A DNA stretch of 64,000 nt. Origin: Candidatus Lernaella stagnicola. GTDB taxonomy: Bacteria > Lernaellota > Lernaellaia > Lernaellales > Lernaellaceae. The translations under genes were made by a program, and so were the position numbers. Each line of letters starts with the position of its first letter. The stretch's first letter is position 1. The notes below the pieces were generated by a model, which was not told the DNA's origin, did not search any database, and saw nothing but the letters and a program-made list of their open reading frames with translations. The DNA lies in contig JAVCCK010000034.1 in the NCBI GenBank assembly GCA_030765525.1, positions 244,710 to 308,709 on the forward strand, in the 5' to 3' direction. Shown in pieces: positions 1-8,940 of this stretch.

Positions 1-2
1 GG

Positions 3-869
3 CCGTTCAATCCCCGCAACCGGTACGCCCTTGAATTGCTGGAGCGGGGACAGGTGACCGGCGCCGCGACCGAAGCCCTGCGCGATTTGGATAATGACGC
101 GTCGAATCCGGTCAGCCAATACGTGCTGGGAGAGGTGCGCTTGTACGCCCGAGGAATCGGCGAGGCGTTGACGAATTTCGCCGAAGCGGCGGCCGCGTTG
201 GGCGACTCGCCGAAAAGTCATGCCGAACGCGGACTACGTAGCGCGGTGGCGATGGCGGCGGCGGAGGCCCATTTGGCCGGGGCGCGAACGGATTTGGCCG
301 AGCGCGATCTGCGGCCGGCCCTCGCCATGAATCGCGGTTTGGTCGCGCCGGTGCTTGTTCTGGCCGAAATCCATCTAACCGCTCGCGACCCCAAAAAAGC
401 CGCCGCGGTGGTCAAAGTCGTGCTTGGCGATCATGAGAAAGATGCCAACCTCTGGCTGGTGCTGGGACGGGCCGAACGTAAGCTCGGCCATTTGGACGCC
501 GCGGTCGACGCCCTGGAAAACGCGATCACGTTTTCTTCCGAGCCGATGCCGGTTGCCCAACTTGAACTCGGCCTCGTGTTCGTCGAACGCAACCAGTGGC
601 GCCGGGCCGTCAAACCGCTACGCAACGCGACGGAAGCGGATCCGACCGGTACCTATGCGTGGCTGCAACTCGCGCAGGCGTACGGCCAAATCGGCGACAC
701 CGAGCAAGAAGAGGAAGCGCTGTTGGCTTGCTTGCGCATTGCGCCGGACAACGTCGACGCATGGGTCGCTTTGCGCCGTTTGCTGCAACGAACCGGTCGT
801 CACGACGAGGCCGAACGCGTATTAGCCGCCGCCCGCGGCGCCATTGCTGTGCAAACCTTGCCGTTCTGA
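3..869 (+). CDS. TPR-repeat protein, probably 5'-truncated by the window edge
   Basis: The frame is open back to base 3 with no stop. The translation shows TPR-like helical repeats (alternating A/L-rich hairpins, LGxxxxA motifs). Stop TGA at 867-869. Convergent with the GT2 gene on the minus strand. Confidence 0.55.
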   Translation, partial: PFNPRNRYALELLERGQVTGAATEALRDLDNDASNPVSQYVLGEVRLYARGIGEALTNFAEAAAALGDSPKSHAERGLRSAVAMAAAEAHLAGARTDLAERDLRPALAMNRGLVAPVLVLAEIHLTARDPKKAAAVVKVVLGDHEKDANLWLVLGRAERKLGHLDAAVDALENAITFSSEPMPVAQLELGLVFVERNQWRRAVKPLRNATEADPTGTYAWLQLAQAYGQIGDTEQEEEALLACLRIAPDNVDAWVALRRLLQRTGRHDEAERVLAAARGAIAVQTLPF

Positions 870-879
870 GGCTGCCGCC

Positions 880-1728
880 TTACATCCGGAAATAGCTGAG
901 TGCGAAAAAGATGGGCGCTTTCAGGTAGGCGCGCTGGTGAGCCCAAGCTTGCGCATATGCTTTGCGGGCCGCAGCATAGTCGCTTTGGGCCGCCAACGCC
1001 CGCCCCTGCATGAAACGCAATTGACGCAGACGCATCGCGAGGTTGGGTATCTGTTGGGCGCGCCAGCCGATATGCCTCAACGCGTCTTCGACCACGTCGG
1101 CCGTTGCCTTGGCCATCGCCGCGCGATCGCTTTGCAGTTGCGCTTCGTGAATCCGATAAGTTGCCAGTGGCTCGTCGACGCGAGCGAAGCGGCCGAGTCG
1201 GCTGACCGCCAGCCACAACGCGTAATCTTCGGCCGGCACGTAACGGTCGTCGAAACCGCCCGCGCGGTCGTAGACTTCGCGGCGCAGTAGAACGGTGCTG
1301 GTCGGTATCCAATTGTCGAGCAGCAAGCTGCCGAACACGCGACCCGCGCTCGGATTACGGTGGGTGAACTCCAGGTGCCCGTCGCTGCGTTGCGCGTCCG
1401 AGTAGACCAGCGCCGTTGCCGCTTCGATGATCTCCACTTGTCGCGCCAGGCGCTCCGGGTGCCACGTGTCGTCGTCATCGCAAAAGGCCAGCCAGTCGCC
1501 GCCGGCTCGCTCAATCGCCGCATGTCGGGCGCGGGCCGGACCCACACCTTGTGTGTGAATCGCCGTCGCGTCGAATTCCGCGGCGAGTTGCGTTCCGGTG
1601 CGGCCGTCGCCATCGTCGGCCACAATGATTTCCATCGGTGGATACGTTTGCGCCGCGATCGACGCCACCGCTTCCCGAGCCCATTCCGGGCGGTCGCGCG
1701 TGGCAACAATGGCGCTGATTCTAGGCAT
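880..1728 (-). CDS. family 2 glycosyltransferase
   Basis: N-terminus ISAIVATRDRPEW...AQTYPPMEIIVADDGDG is a GT-A fold with DxD-type motifs and an IHEAQ region. Overlaps the downstream asnB-like gene by 8 bp, consistent with an operon. Confidence 0.8.
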   Translation of the reverse strand: MPRISAIVATRDRPEWAREAVASIAAQTYPPMEIIVADDGDGRTGTQLAAEFDATAIHTQGVGPARARHAAIERAGGDWLAFCDDDDTWHPERLARQVEIIEAATALVYSDAQRSDGHLEFTHRNPSAGRVFGSLLLDNWIPTSTVLLRREVYDRAGGFDDRYVPAEDYALWLAVSRLGRFARVDEPLATYRIHEAQLQSDRAAMAKATADVVEDALRHIGWRAQQIPNLAMRLRQLRFMQGRALAAQSDYAAARKAYAQAWAHQRAYLKAPIFFALSYFRM

Positions 1729-3430
1729 GCCAACCGGGGAAGAATCGACGGAACCACAACTCGAGACACGCCTTCGTGTAACGGCTGCGATCGAATTCGC
1801 CTCGGGGCGTCGGCGGCGGGATGTCCAAGCCGCGGCTTTCCAGCGACCCGATCAGTTCGTTCGCCCACGTCTTGAGCGGACCGTTCAGCCACCGGTCGAT
1901 GGGTACGACGAGACCTTTTTTGTCCTTGCGGTTGACGATGGAGTCCGGCACCCAACGCGTTGCGGCGCGCCGCAGGATGACCTTGGTTGTCAGGTCGTGG
2001 ATTTTAAGGTGCGGCGGCAGGCGGAACGCGAATTCGACAATGCGATGATCGAGGAAGGGGCAACGATTCTCCAGGCCGAACGCGGCCGCGGCGCGGTCGT
2101 TCATCTGGATCAGGCTCGGCAGCGAGATGTGCAGGTCTGTCAAGCCGAGGCAGTCCGGCAGGCTGCGGCCCGCCTGGAAGAAAGCGCGAATGCGGTCAAT
2201 GTGCGCGGTCGGGTCGGCGACCTGCGCGCGATGAATCAAGTGGAAATAGCGGCCGACCACGTCACCGAACATGTCGTGCCGCCAAAAGAAACGGGCCAGG
2301 GGATGGTACGCTTTGAGTTCGGTGCGGCGGCCCAGTTCGTGCTCGACTTGCATCAGCAAGTAACGCACGTACCCGGCGAATATTTCATCGGCGCCTTGGC
2401 CGCCCAACACGACCGTCACGTGGTTCGCCGCGGTGCGTGCCAGCGCGAACTCGCTGATCGTCGAGGCCGTGGCGATCGGCTGGTCCAGGTGCCAGATGAT
2501 GTTTTCAAGTTCCGTCTGCAAATCTTCGGGTTTGGGCGTGACGACGTGCTGCGCGGCGCCAATGTGGTCCGCCATCGTCTTCGCGTGCTCGAACTCGTCG
2601 AATGCTACGCCAAGAGGAAAGCGACAACTGAAAACCTGGCTCGGGCGCGCCACCGCCGCCATGATGCTGGAATCCAAGCCGCCGGATAGAAACAACCCCA
2701 CCGGCACGTCGGCGACCATGCGAATGCGAACGGCATCCTCGATTAATGCGGCGAGTTCTTCCACCAGTTCGTCGTCACTCCGGTCGTCGTCGCCGTCGGG
2801 GCGCGGCGATTCCCAATAGCTCTCGATCGTCACTTCATGACCGTCGTAGGTCAGCGTGCGCCCGTGGCCCAATTCGCACACGCCCTCGAAAATCGTGTCG
2901 GGGGCAAGCGGAGCGTCAAACACCCAGAATGCCTCCGTGATGCGCGGCGCCGATTCGATTTGGGTCAGCAGCGCTTTGATTTCGCTGGCGACGTAAAAAC
3001 CGTGTTCGTTATGGGCCCAGTAGAACGGCTTTTCACCGAGGCGGTCGCGGGCGCAGAAAAAACGCTCGCCGTCGTAAATCACAAAGGCGAATTGTCCATT
3101 GAAGCGCGTGACGCAGTCTTTGCCCCATTTGCGGTAGGCGTTGAGAATGACCTCGGTGTCGGTTTGGGTTCGAAACTCGTATTCACTCTCCAGTTCGGCG
3201 CGCAGCTCCTTGTAATTGAATACTTCGCCGTTGTAGACGATGACGAATTTGCCGTCCGGACTCTGAATCGGCTGCGTACCGGTGACCAGGTCGATAACTT
3301 TCAGCCGCCGGCTGCCCAGTTGCACGGGGCCGTCGCGATAGAATCCCTCTTCATCGGGGCCACGGTGCGCGAGCATCCGCGTCATCGGCTCGATGTCGCC
3401 TCGTCCCCATATCGCTGCGATGCCGCACAT
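1721..3430 (-). CDS. asnB: asparagine synthetase (glutamine-hydrolysing)-like amidotransferase
   Basis: Mature N-terminus MCGIAAIWG with Cys2 nucleophile (class II GATase), plus the synthetase PP-loop LFLSGGLDSS. The start at 3430 forms an ATGA overlap with the upstream GT2 stop. The longer ORF extension to 3736 is rejected. Confidence 0.85.
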   Translation of the reverse strand: MCGIAAIWGRGDIEPMTRMLAHRGPDEEGFYRDGPVQLGSRRLKVIDLVTGTQPIQSPDGKFVIVYNGEVFNYKELRAELESEYEFRTQTDTEVILNAYRKWGKDCVTRFNGQFAFVIYDGERFFCARDRLGEKPFYWAHNEHGFYVASEIKALLTQIESAPRITEAFWVFDAPLAPDTIFEGVCELGHGRTLTYDGHEVTIESYWESPRPDGDDDRSDDELVEELAALIEDAVRIRMVADVPVGLFLSGGLDSSIMAAVARPSQVFSCRFPLGVAFDEFEHAKTMADHIGAAQHVVTPKPEDLQTELENIIWHLDQPIATASTISEFALARTAANHVTVVLGGQGADEIFAGYVRYLLMQVEHELGRRTELKAYHPLARFFWRHDMFGDVVGRYFHLIHRAQVADPTAHIDRIRAFFQAGRSLPDCLGLTDLHISLPSLIQMNDRAAAAFGLENRCPFLDHRIVEFAFRLPPHLKIHDLTTKVILRRAATRWVPDSIVNRKDKKGLVVPIDRWLNGPLKTWANELIGSLESRGLDIPPPTPRGEFDRSRYTKACLELWFRRFFPGWHA

Positions 3431-4167
3431 CAGTTCACCGCCTTTCGACGCCTGAAGCGAAATTCCCATAACGCCCAGGGCAGGTCGGCGATGGCAGTGA
3501 AGGCAAAGTGGACCGGATGGCGCATGAACGATTGCCCGGCGACACGTGGGTCGAACACGACGGGCACTTGCACGATGCGGTATCCCTTGGCGTGCGCCGA
3601 AACGGCGATGAAATGCTGGAAGTGGCGGTATTGGTAGCGAGTCGTCAGGATGTCGCCGAAGACTTCGCGGCGGCAGAGAATGAAGCCGCTTTTGTTGTCG
3701 ACGAGTTTCATCCCGAACATCAGATTTAGTAGCCATGAGAGCCCGGCGGTCATCAGGCGGCGCAACGCGGAGCGCTCAAGTTCCTTTACGCGAGCGCCCT
3801 GCACGACTTCGGCGCCGGTCTCGTCGAGCTTCCGCTTCAAGGCGATGATGTCCTCCGGCCGATACTGCAGGTCGGCGTCCATCGTGACCACGTAACGCCC
3901 TTTCGCCGCCGCGAAGCCGGTATGCCAGCCGGCGACGATGCCCCGGTTTTCGGGGTGCTGCACCGGCGCGACGAAGTCGTATCGTTGCTGCAGCTTTTGA
4001 ATCTCCAGCCACGTGTTGTCGCCGCTGCCGTCGTCGATCAGCACCAACTCGTACGACCAATCCAAGTGTTCGCGCAACTCGGCGATGCGCTCGCCCAGTT
4101 GAGATATGGCGCCCTCTTCATTGAAGCAAGGAATAATGATGCTCAAATCAGGCGTTTTGTCGCTCAT
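3430..4167 (-). CDS. GT2 polyprenyl-phosphate sugar synthase-like glycosyltransferase (DPM1/ArnC/GtrB type)
   Basis: LSIIIPCFNEE...LVLIDDGSGDNT...VVTMDADLQYRPED...DNKSGF...GYRIVQVPV motifs match the DPM1/ArnC-type GT2 subfamily. The start MSDKTP at 4167 was chosen because the upstream in-frame extension is Arg/Ala-rich junk. ATGA-coupled to asnB. Confidence 0.8.
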   Translation of the reverse strand: MSDKTPDLSIIIPCFNEEGAISQLGERIAELREHLDWSYELVLIDDGSGDNTWLEIQKLQQRYDFVAPVQHPENRGIVAGWHTGFAAAKGRYVVTMDADLQYRPEDIIALKRKLDETGAEVVQGARVKELERSALRRLMTAGLSWLLNLMFGMKLVDNKSGFILCRREVFGDILTTRYQYRHFQHFIAVSAHAKGYRIVQVPVVFDPRVAGQSFMRHPVHFAFTAIADLPWALWEFRFRRRKAVN

Positions 4168-4307
4168 TGGCGTTTTACCATCGTCGGTTGGCGCGGGGGA
4201 GCGAAAACCATTCGCGGCGCGGCGCGCTTCATTCGCACGAGCCGTCCCCCGGCTGAAAAATTGTGTCAAAACCCTAGCATAAGGCGTCGGAAAGCGACAG
4301 GAGGCGG

Positions 4308-5963
4308 TTGACCCCAAAGCCGCCCTCGCGCATCCTTTTCGCCATGGCACCAAAGGACGACACGGCGTCGCGTCACGCACGTTGGCTCATGATTGTGATC
4401 GTGGCCGCGGCCGGGCTTATCTTCGCGCCCAATCTTGCCGACTCGTTCGTCAGCGACGATTTCGTGAAGATGCACACCTTGGGAAACGACACGCTCGGGC
4501 ACATTCTCAACGGCGACAACCTTGGTGGCACGGCCGATTATCGCCCCCTGACTTTGGCGATGATTTGGCTGGAACTTCACGCTTTCGGCGCTCACCCAAT
4601 GGCTTTTCACGCTGTCCACTTGATTCTTGGCATGCTCGCCGCCGTGCTTCTCTTCCTGCTCGTCGAAGCCTGTTTCGATCGCCGCGTCGCCCTACTTGCG
4701 GCGCTCGCGTTCGCCGTCGCTCCGGCCCACGTAGAAAACGTCGTCTGGATTTCCGGCGTCGGACAAGTGCCGGCCACGGCGTTGTTGTTGGGCGGCCTGT
4801 GGATACACGTTTGGGCGCGACGCACGGAACGCGACGTGGTGGCGCCGTTGGGCGCGCTGGCTTTTTTCGCGGCCCTGTTCGCCCACGAGGTCGTTTGTCT
4901 CGCGCCGCTGATCCTCTTGCTTATCGATCGCCACCTGACCCCCCGTCCGACGTGGCGCGCCTCCCTTTCCGCAGCAGGCATTTGGCTGGCCGCTTTGGCG
5001 ATATGGGCATTGATCCGCGCCGTCGTTGTCGGTTTCGCGTTACCGTCGCACTACGGCCTGTTCGTCCTTCGAGACGTCGCTCGTTACCTGCAACTCTATT
5101 TTTTGCCGCTGGGTCTGGATGACGCCATCCCGTGGGTAATGACGCACCCGTGGGCGGTGTTGGGACCGGCGGTTGTCGTGCTGGGCGCCATCGTGTTTTT
5201 CGCCGCGCGGCTATGGCGCATCCCGGCGTTTCGTTGCGGCGCGATCGCGGGTTTGCTGGCGTTGGCGCCGGTGGCGCATCTTTATCCGCGACGCCTACAC
5301 ATTTTCGCGGCGAGCGCCTGGTGGGCCGTGGCCGTGGGCGGTTTGGTTGCGGCGGGACTCAACGACCGGCGGCCGCTACTGCGCAAAGTGGCGTACCTCG
5401 GGTTCGGTGCGTGGCTCGCATTGTGTCTCGGCGTGGCCGCGGGACAATCCATGCTCTGGCGTGAGGCAGCCGACTTGGCCGCTACGGTCGTGGATGATCT
5501 GGACAAAGCCGCCGACCCGCCGACCACCGACATCATCGTACTTACCGTACCCGACACGTTGCGCGGTGCCTTTGTCATGCGCAACGGTTTGCATCAGGCG
5601 CTGCGCTTGCGTCGACCGAATACAGCCGTGGTCGTACACCACGTACTGCTGGCGGGCTTGGCCGCGTCGGATGCGCCCGGTCCGGTGTGTCGCCGTACGG
5701 GGCAGGCGGGTTTCGAGGTCCGGCAGCCACCGGGTTCGGTTCACAATTACTTGCTGCCGCCCGATGCGAACCGCGACCTGCAGCCGGGGATGGATCGACG
5801 CCTCGGCCCGTTTTACTATCAGGCCGTCGCCGCGTCGCGGCCCTTCGGTCTGACGGCGGTGGCGGTCGGCGTCGATCCGCAACTTCTCGACAAGCCCGGC
5901 GCGAAGATTATGGTATTCGATCACGGACGGCTGGCGCCCTTCGACGGAGGAAACAGTCCTTGA
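4308..5963 (+). CDS. polytopic membrane glycosyltransferase, GT-C fold (PMT/ArnT-like), start uncertain
   Basis: About 12 predicted TM helices. An acidic DD motif (FVSDDF) sits in the first extracytoplasmic loop, as in GT39/GT83 enzymes. Divergent from the polyprenyl-P-sugar synthase gene. The true start may be an internal ATG (4344 or 4389). Confidence 0.55.
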   Translation: MTPKPPSRILFAMAPKDDTASRHARWLMIVIVAAAGLIFAPNLADSFVSDDFVKMHTLGNDTLGHILNGDNLGGTADYRPLTLAMIWLELHAFGAHPMAFHAVHLILGMLAAVLLFLLVEACFDRRVALLAALAFAVAPAHVENVVWISGVGQVPATALLLGGLWIHVWARRTERDVVAPLGALAFFAALFAHEVVCLAPLILLLIDRHLTPRPTWRASLSAAGIWLAALAIWALIRAVVVGFALPSHYGLFVLRDVARYLQLYFLPLGLDDAIPWVMTHPWAVLGPAVVVLGAIVFFAARLWRIPAFRCGAIAGLLALAPVAHLYPRRLHIFAASAWWAVAVGGLVAAGLNDRRPLLRKVAYLGFGAWLALCLGVAAGQSMLWREAADLAATVVDDLDKAADPPTTDIIVLTVPDTLRGAFVMRNGLHQALRLRRPNTAVVVHHVLLAGLAASDAPGPVCRRTGQAGFEVRQPPGSVHNYLLPPDANRDLQPGMDRRLGPFYYQAVAASRPFGLTAVAVGVDPQLLDKPGAKIMVFDHGRLAPFDGGNSP

Positions 5964-7744
5964 AACGACTTTGGCTCCAATTCCTTGTTGCCGCATTGCT
6001 GTTACCTTGGCCGTTTTATTTGTTTTTCGGTTACAGCGACATCGCCGACTTGGCCCCCGGGAACACCGAAGCGCTGATCATGGTTAACGATCCCGTGGAT
6101 TGGGTGGACCGCGCCGCGAATTCGGAACTGGCCCTTCAACTGGAAAATCACGAAACCGGAAAAGCGCTGAAACCGGCGTTCGATCTGTGGCGCAAATCCC
6201 GCGAAAAGGATTGGCTGTTCACCGGGCTGCGGCACTTCGTGCGCCGCGTCTACATCGCGTTCCCGCACGATCGCACACCCAACTTGCAACAACCCGAGAT
6301 CATGACCTTCTACGTCGATTTGGGCTTTGCCGGGCGCGTCGCCTCCGACCTGATGAACTTCGGCGTCGGCTTTCTCAAAGGGCAGGCTGTGACGCACCAC
6401 GGTCGGCCCGTCATCGTGCAACCGCCGATGGCGTACGCCTTTCTGGATAACTATTTCGTGGCCGGATCGGCGGACAACGTGATGGCAAGCGTCGCCACGA
6501 TGGCCGGGGTCGAGTCCGGCGTCGATGCCGCTGGAAAGCGCTTGGCGCGGGCGCGGCGCAACGCACCGGACGCCGACATCGTGTTCTACGTACTATCGCG
6601 AACGCCGTTTCGGGTTCCGTCGAAGCCGACCGGAAAAATCGACGCCCGCACTTTCGTCAACGCCACCGGCATCGACTATGCGGTCGGCGGGCTGGACATC
6701 GAAAACGGGCGGTGGCGGGCCGAATTCGAAATCGTCGCCGTACCGGGAAAAATCGTCAGCCCCTATACGCAGAGAACCGGCGATCCTTTCGCGACGCTCA
6801 GTCTCCCGGATAGCGGCACGGTCGGGTATGCGGCGCTTCGCATAAATCGCGCCTCGGAACTGGCGCCGGTCATGATCGGCATATTCGACAGCGAGGGTCG
6901 ACTCACGAAGCTGCGGCGCCAACTGCTTTCGCTCGCGCTGCAAAGTCTGCTCGACCACGCCGGGCACGAACTTGCGATCGTGTTTTCCGAAGAGAAAATG
7001 CTAAGCGAGCCGGTGTATGTTTTCCTCGTCGAAGATCCCGCCGAAATGACGTCCATGCTTGAGAAACTGTCCAAAACCGCCAATGAACAGGCCGCGGCGT
7101 TGCAGGCTCCCGTCGGTACAGACGGCCAAAGCGTCGGCGAAAAGCTCGCGGAAGTGGCCGACTCCGCACAACTCAACTCCCTGCTGCAACAGTTACCGGC
7201 CGGGGTTCGCGAAAAAGTCGCGGCCGTCGCGGACCAGGTAACCGGAGGCGCGGATCTACAACGCCTGCTGACCGACACTCAACACCTCACGCTGGGAACG
7301 ACCAGCCTCTTTTGGCGCATCTCGGACAACCGCTTGGTGCTGTCGCAATCGCGAACTCTGGCCGACCGTTACCACCGCAACCTGGAAAGCGGGCGACCGC
7401 CTGATGAATTTGCCCGCGCCGCGGATTTCGTGCCGCAAGACGGACCTCTCGTCGCGTGGATCAACCTGGTGCCGCTGCTGGACAAGAGCGCCGGTGACTT
7501 GAGCCATCCGCTCGCGTGGCTATCGGCCAAACGGCCGCGCCTGGCTGTCGGGGCGGTGGAGACCGGCGCCGGCGTCAAATTCCTGGCCGACCTGAATATG
7601 GACATCGGCCTTGGCGAATCGCGCGACGCGAACGCGATGTGGATTCTTTTGTTCTGGCTACTTGGGGGCCTCGTCGTCCTGGGCGGCGTGGTGGGCGGCC
7701 TCATCGTGGTGCGCGGCGTCTTGGCGATCGCGCGTCGCGGCTAA
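5960..7744 (+). CDS. hypothetical membrane-anchored exported protein
   Basis: TTG start at 5960 preceded by GGAGG (5946-5950). TTGA overlap with the GT-C stop. N-terminal hydrophobic anchor LWLQFLVAALLLPWPFYLFF and a C-terminal TM helix with a Gly-rich tail. The 5687 in-frame extension is rejected. Confidence 0.5.
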   Translation: MKRLWLQFLVAALLLPWPFYLFFGYSDIADLAPGNTEALIMVNDPVDWVDRAANSELALQLENHETGKALKPAFDLWRKSREKDWLFTGLRHFVRRVYIAFPHDRTPNLQQPEIMTFYVDLGFAGRVASDLMNFGVGFLKGQAVTHHGRPVIVQPPMAYAFLDNYFVAGSADNVMASVATMAGVESGVDAAGKRLARARRNAPDADIVFYVLSRTPFRVPSKPTGKIDARTFVNATGIDYAVGGLDIENGRWRAEFEIVAVPGKIVSPYTQRTGDPFATLSLPDSGTVGYAALRINRASELAPVMIGIFDSEGRLTKLRRQLLSLALQSLLDHAGHELAIVFSEEKMLSEPVYVFLVEDPAEMTSMLEKLSKTANEQAAALQAPVGTDGQSVGEKLAEVADSAQLNSLLQQLPAGVREKVAAVADQVTGGADLQRLLTDTQHLTLGTTSLFWRISDNRLVLSQSRTLADRYHRNLESGRPPDEFARAADFVPQDGPLVAWINLVPLLDKSAGDLSHPLAWLSAKRPRLAVGAVETGAGVKFLADLNMDIGLGESRDANAMWILLFWLLGGLVVLGGVVGGLIVVRGVLAIARRG

Positions 7745-7748
7745 GGCG

Positions 7749-8252
7749 CTAACGTTCGGCGAGTGTGGCGATCATCGTCGCTAACGCCGCACCGTCTTCA
7801 TCGTCGATCCAACTGGCCACGATCACCGTCGTGCGCTCGTCCTCTTGCCACGCGAACGCCACCATACGTCGGCCGCCCCGGTGTCCGGAACAAGTCATTG
7901 CTTCGTGGCCGGCGACCGTCGTCGCGTTGACGCCGGTGGGAGTCGCGACGCCCCGCATACGCGCCAAGCCTACGACAAGGTCTTCTAAAGGCCGACGGTA
8001 CTCGGTGCCGGTCACGAGGCGCAAATCGGCACGGCCGCGGGCGCGGCGGGGACCGATCCACACACGGTTGCCCGGCAGCGTCGGCTTGGCCGCCCAGTTC
8101 ACGGGTATCGAGATGCGCATGCCGAAGTCGGGAAGGTCGACGCGACGCAATTCCAAATCGGAGGCCGGTGGTAGTAGCGCCGGTTGCGGCGTACGCCCCG
8201 CACACCCAACCACGGCGAGCAGGAGCCATAGCGCCCAGAGCCGTCGCATCAC
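7749..8252 (-). CDS. hypothetical lipoprotein
   Basis: Signal peptide plus lipobox LLAVVGC. Overlaps the upstream lipoprotein gene by 4 bp. Confidence 0.55.
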   Translation of the reverse strand: MMRRLWALWLLLAVVGCAGRTPQPALLPPASDLELRRVDLPDFGMRISIPVNWAAKPTLPGNRVWIGPRRARGRADLRLVTGTEYRRPLEDLVVGLARMRGVATPTGVNATTVAGHEAMTCSGHRGGRRMVAFAWQEDERTTVIVASWIDDEDGAALATMIATLAER

Positions 8253-8734
8253 GGGCTCCCGGTAAAGCGCACGCGAGCGAAAATGAAGTCCATCAATTCC
8301 TGGTCCGCCGCGTCGTCGGCCAACATCACCATCACGTACACGCCGTTATCGTGGTCGATGACGAAGGCCGTGGCGGTCATGCCATGTTTTGTTTTCCGGA
8401 GGCCCAGGGCCGGCCGTTCATCGACAATGCCCTGTAGCGCCGCGGCGTCTTGGTATTTGCGGTCCTTGAGAATCTCTTCATACACTTGGCGCGCGGAAAT
8501 CGCTTGAGGGTTGACGTAGACGACGATGCGGCTGTCGCCTGACTCCTCTTGGATGTGCAGCGAACGAACCGGTTCGTTGCGCCATTGCACAGTCCAACCT
8601 TCGGGCACGGGGATCTGCATCCGCAAGGTTTTATCGGTGTGGGTTTTCAACGTCGCACCGCCTGGGCCGACCATCTTTGCCGTCGCGCACGCCGTGAGAA
8701 AAACGAGTAAAATCATCACCAAACGAAAACGCAT
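8249..8734 (-). CDS. hypothetical lipoprotein
   Basis: Signal peptide plus lipobox VFLTAC. Divergent from the giant TPR gene. Confidence 0.55.
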   Translation of the reverse strand: MRFRLVMILLVFLTACATAKMVGPGGATLKTHTDKTLRMQIPVPEGWTVQWRNEPVRSLHIQEESGDSRIVVYVNPQAISARQVYEEILKDRKYQDAAALQGIVDERPALGLRKTKHGMTATAFVIDHDNGVYVMVMLADDAADQELMDFIFARVRFTGSP

Positions 8735-8806
8735 CGCCGCCTCCCGAAACTCGAGTCGGCGCTATGGTAGCACCGCACCGCGAGACGCGGAAGACCCGCG
8801 GCCATG

Positions 8807-8836
8807 TTGACGAATCGCGCGTGGTCTCGCTATGGT
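8807..8836 (+). promoter_or_regulatory. candidate sigma70-type promoter (TTGACG-N18-TATGGT) for the giant pentapeptide/TPR gene
   Basis: Hexamer pair read directly from the sequence. The flanking motif CGCTATGGTRSCA occurs twice (8759-8781 and 8828-8850). Confidence 0.3.
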
Positions 8837-8940
8837 GCCAGCACGTGGCGTAAAAGGTGCATCAAGCGGGATACGCGTGTAACAGTACTGAGGCGAAGAA
8901 AAAGACAAGAAGCCGTACCGAGCCAAAGAGGGAATCGTCC

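Noticed and set aside
1598-2689. 363-aa plus-strand ORF overlapping asnB
   Set aside because: Antisense to a CDS carrying unmistakable AsnB catalytic motifs; composition typical of an off-frame GC-rich ORF.
3430-4380. N-terminal extensions of tool ORFs (3430-4380, 1721-3736, 5687-7744, 22958-24079, 25061-26260, 27226-28692, 36940-39138, 45510-46877)
   Set aside because: Conserved N-terminal motifs (MCGIAA, MSDKT..IIIPCFNEE, MRYIDEV, signal peptides) start at internal Met/GTG/TTG codons with SD sequences. The upstream in-frame stretches are low-complexity and would overlap neighbouring genes.
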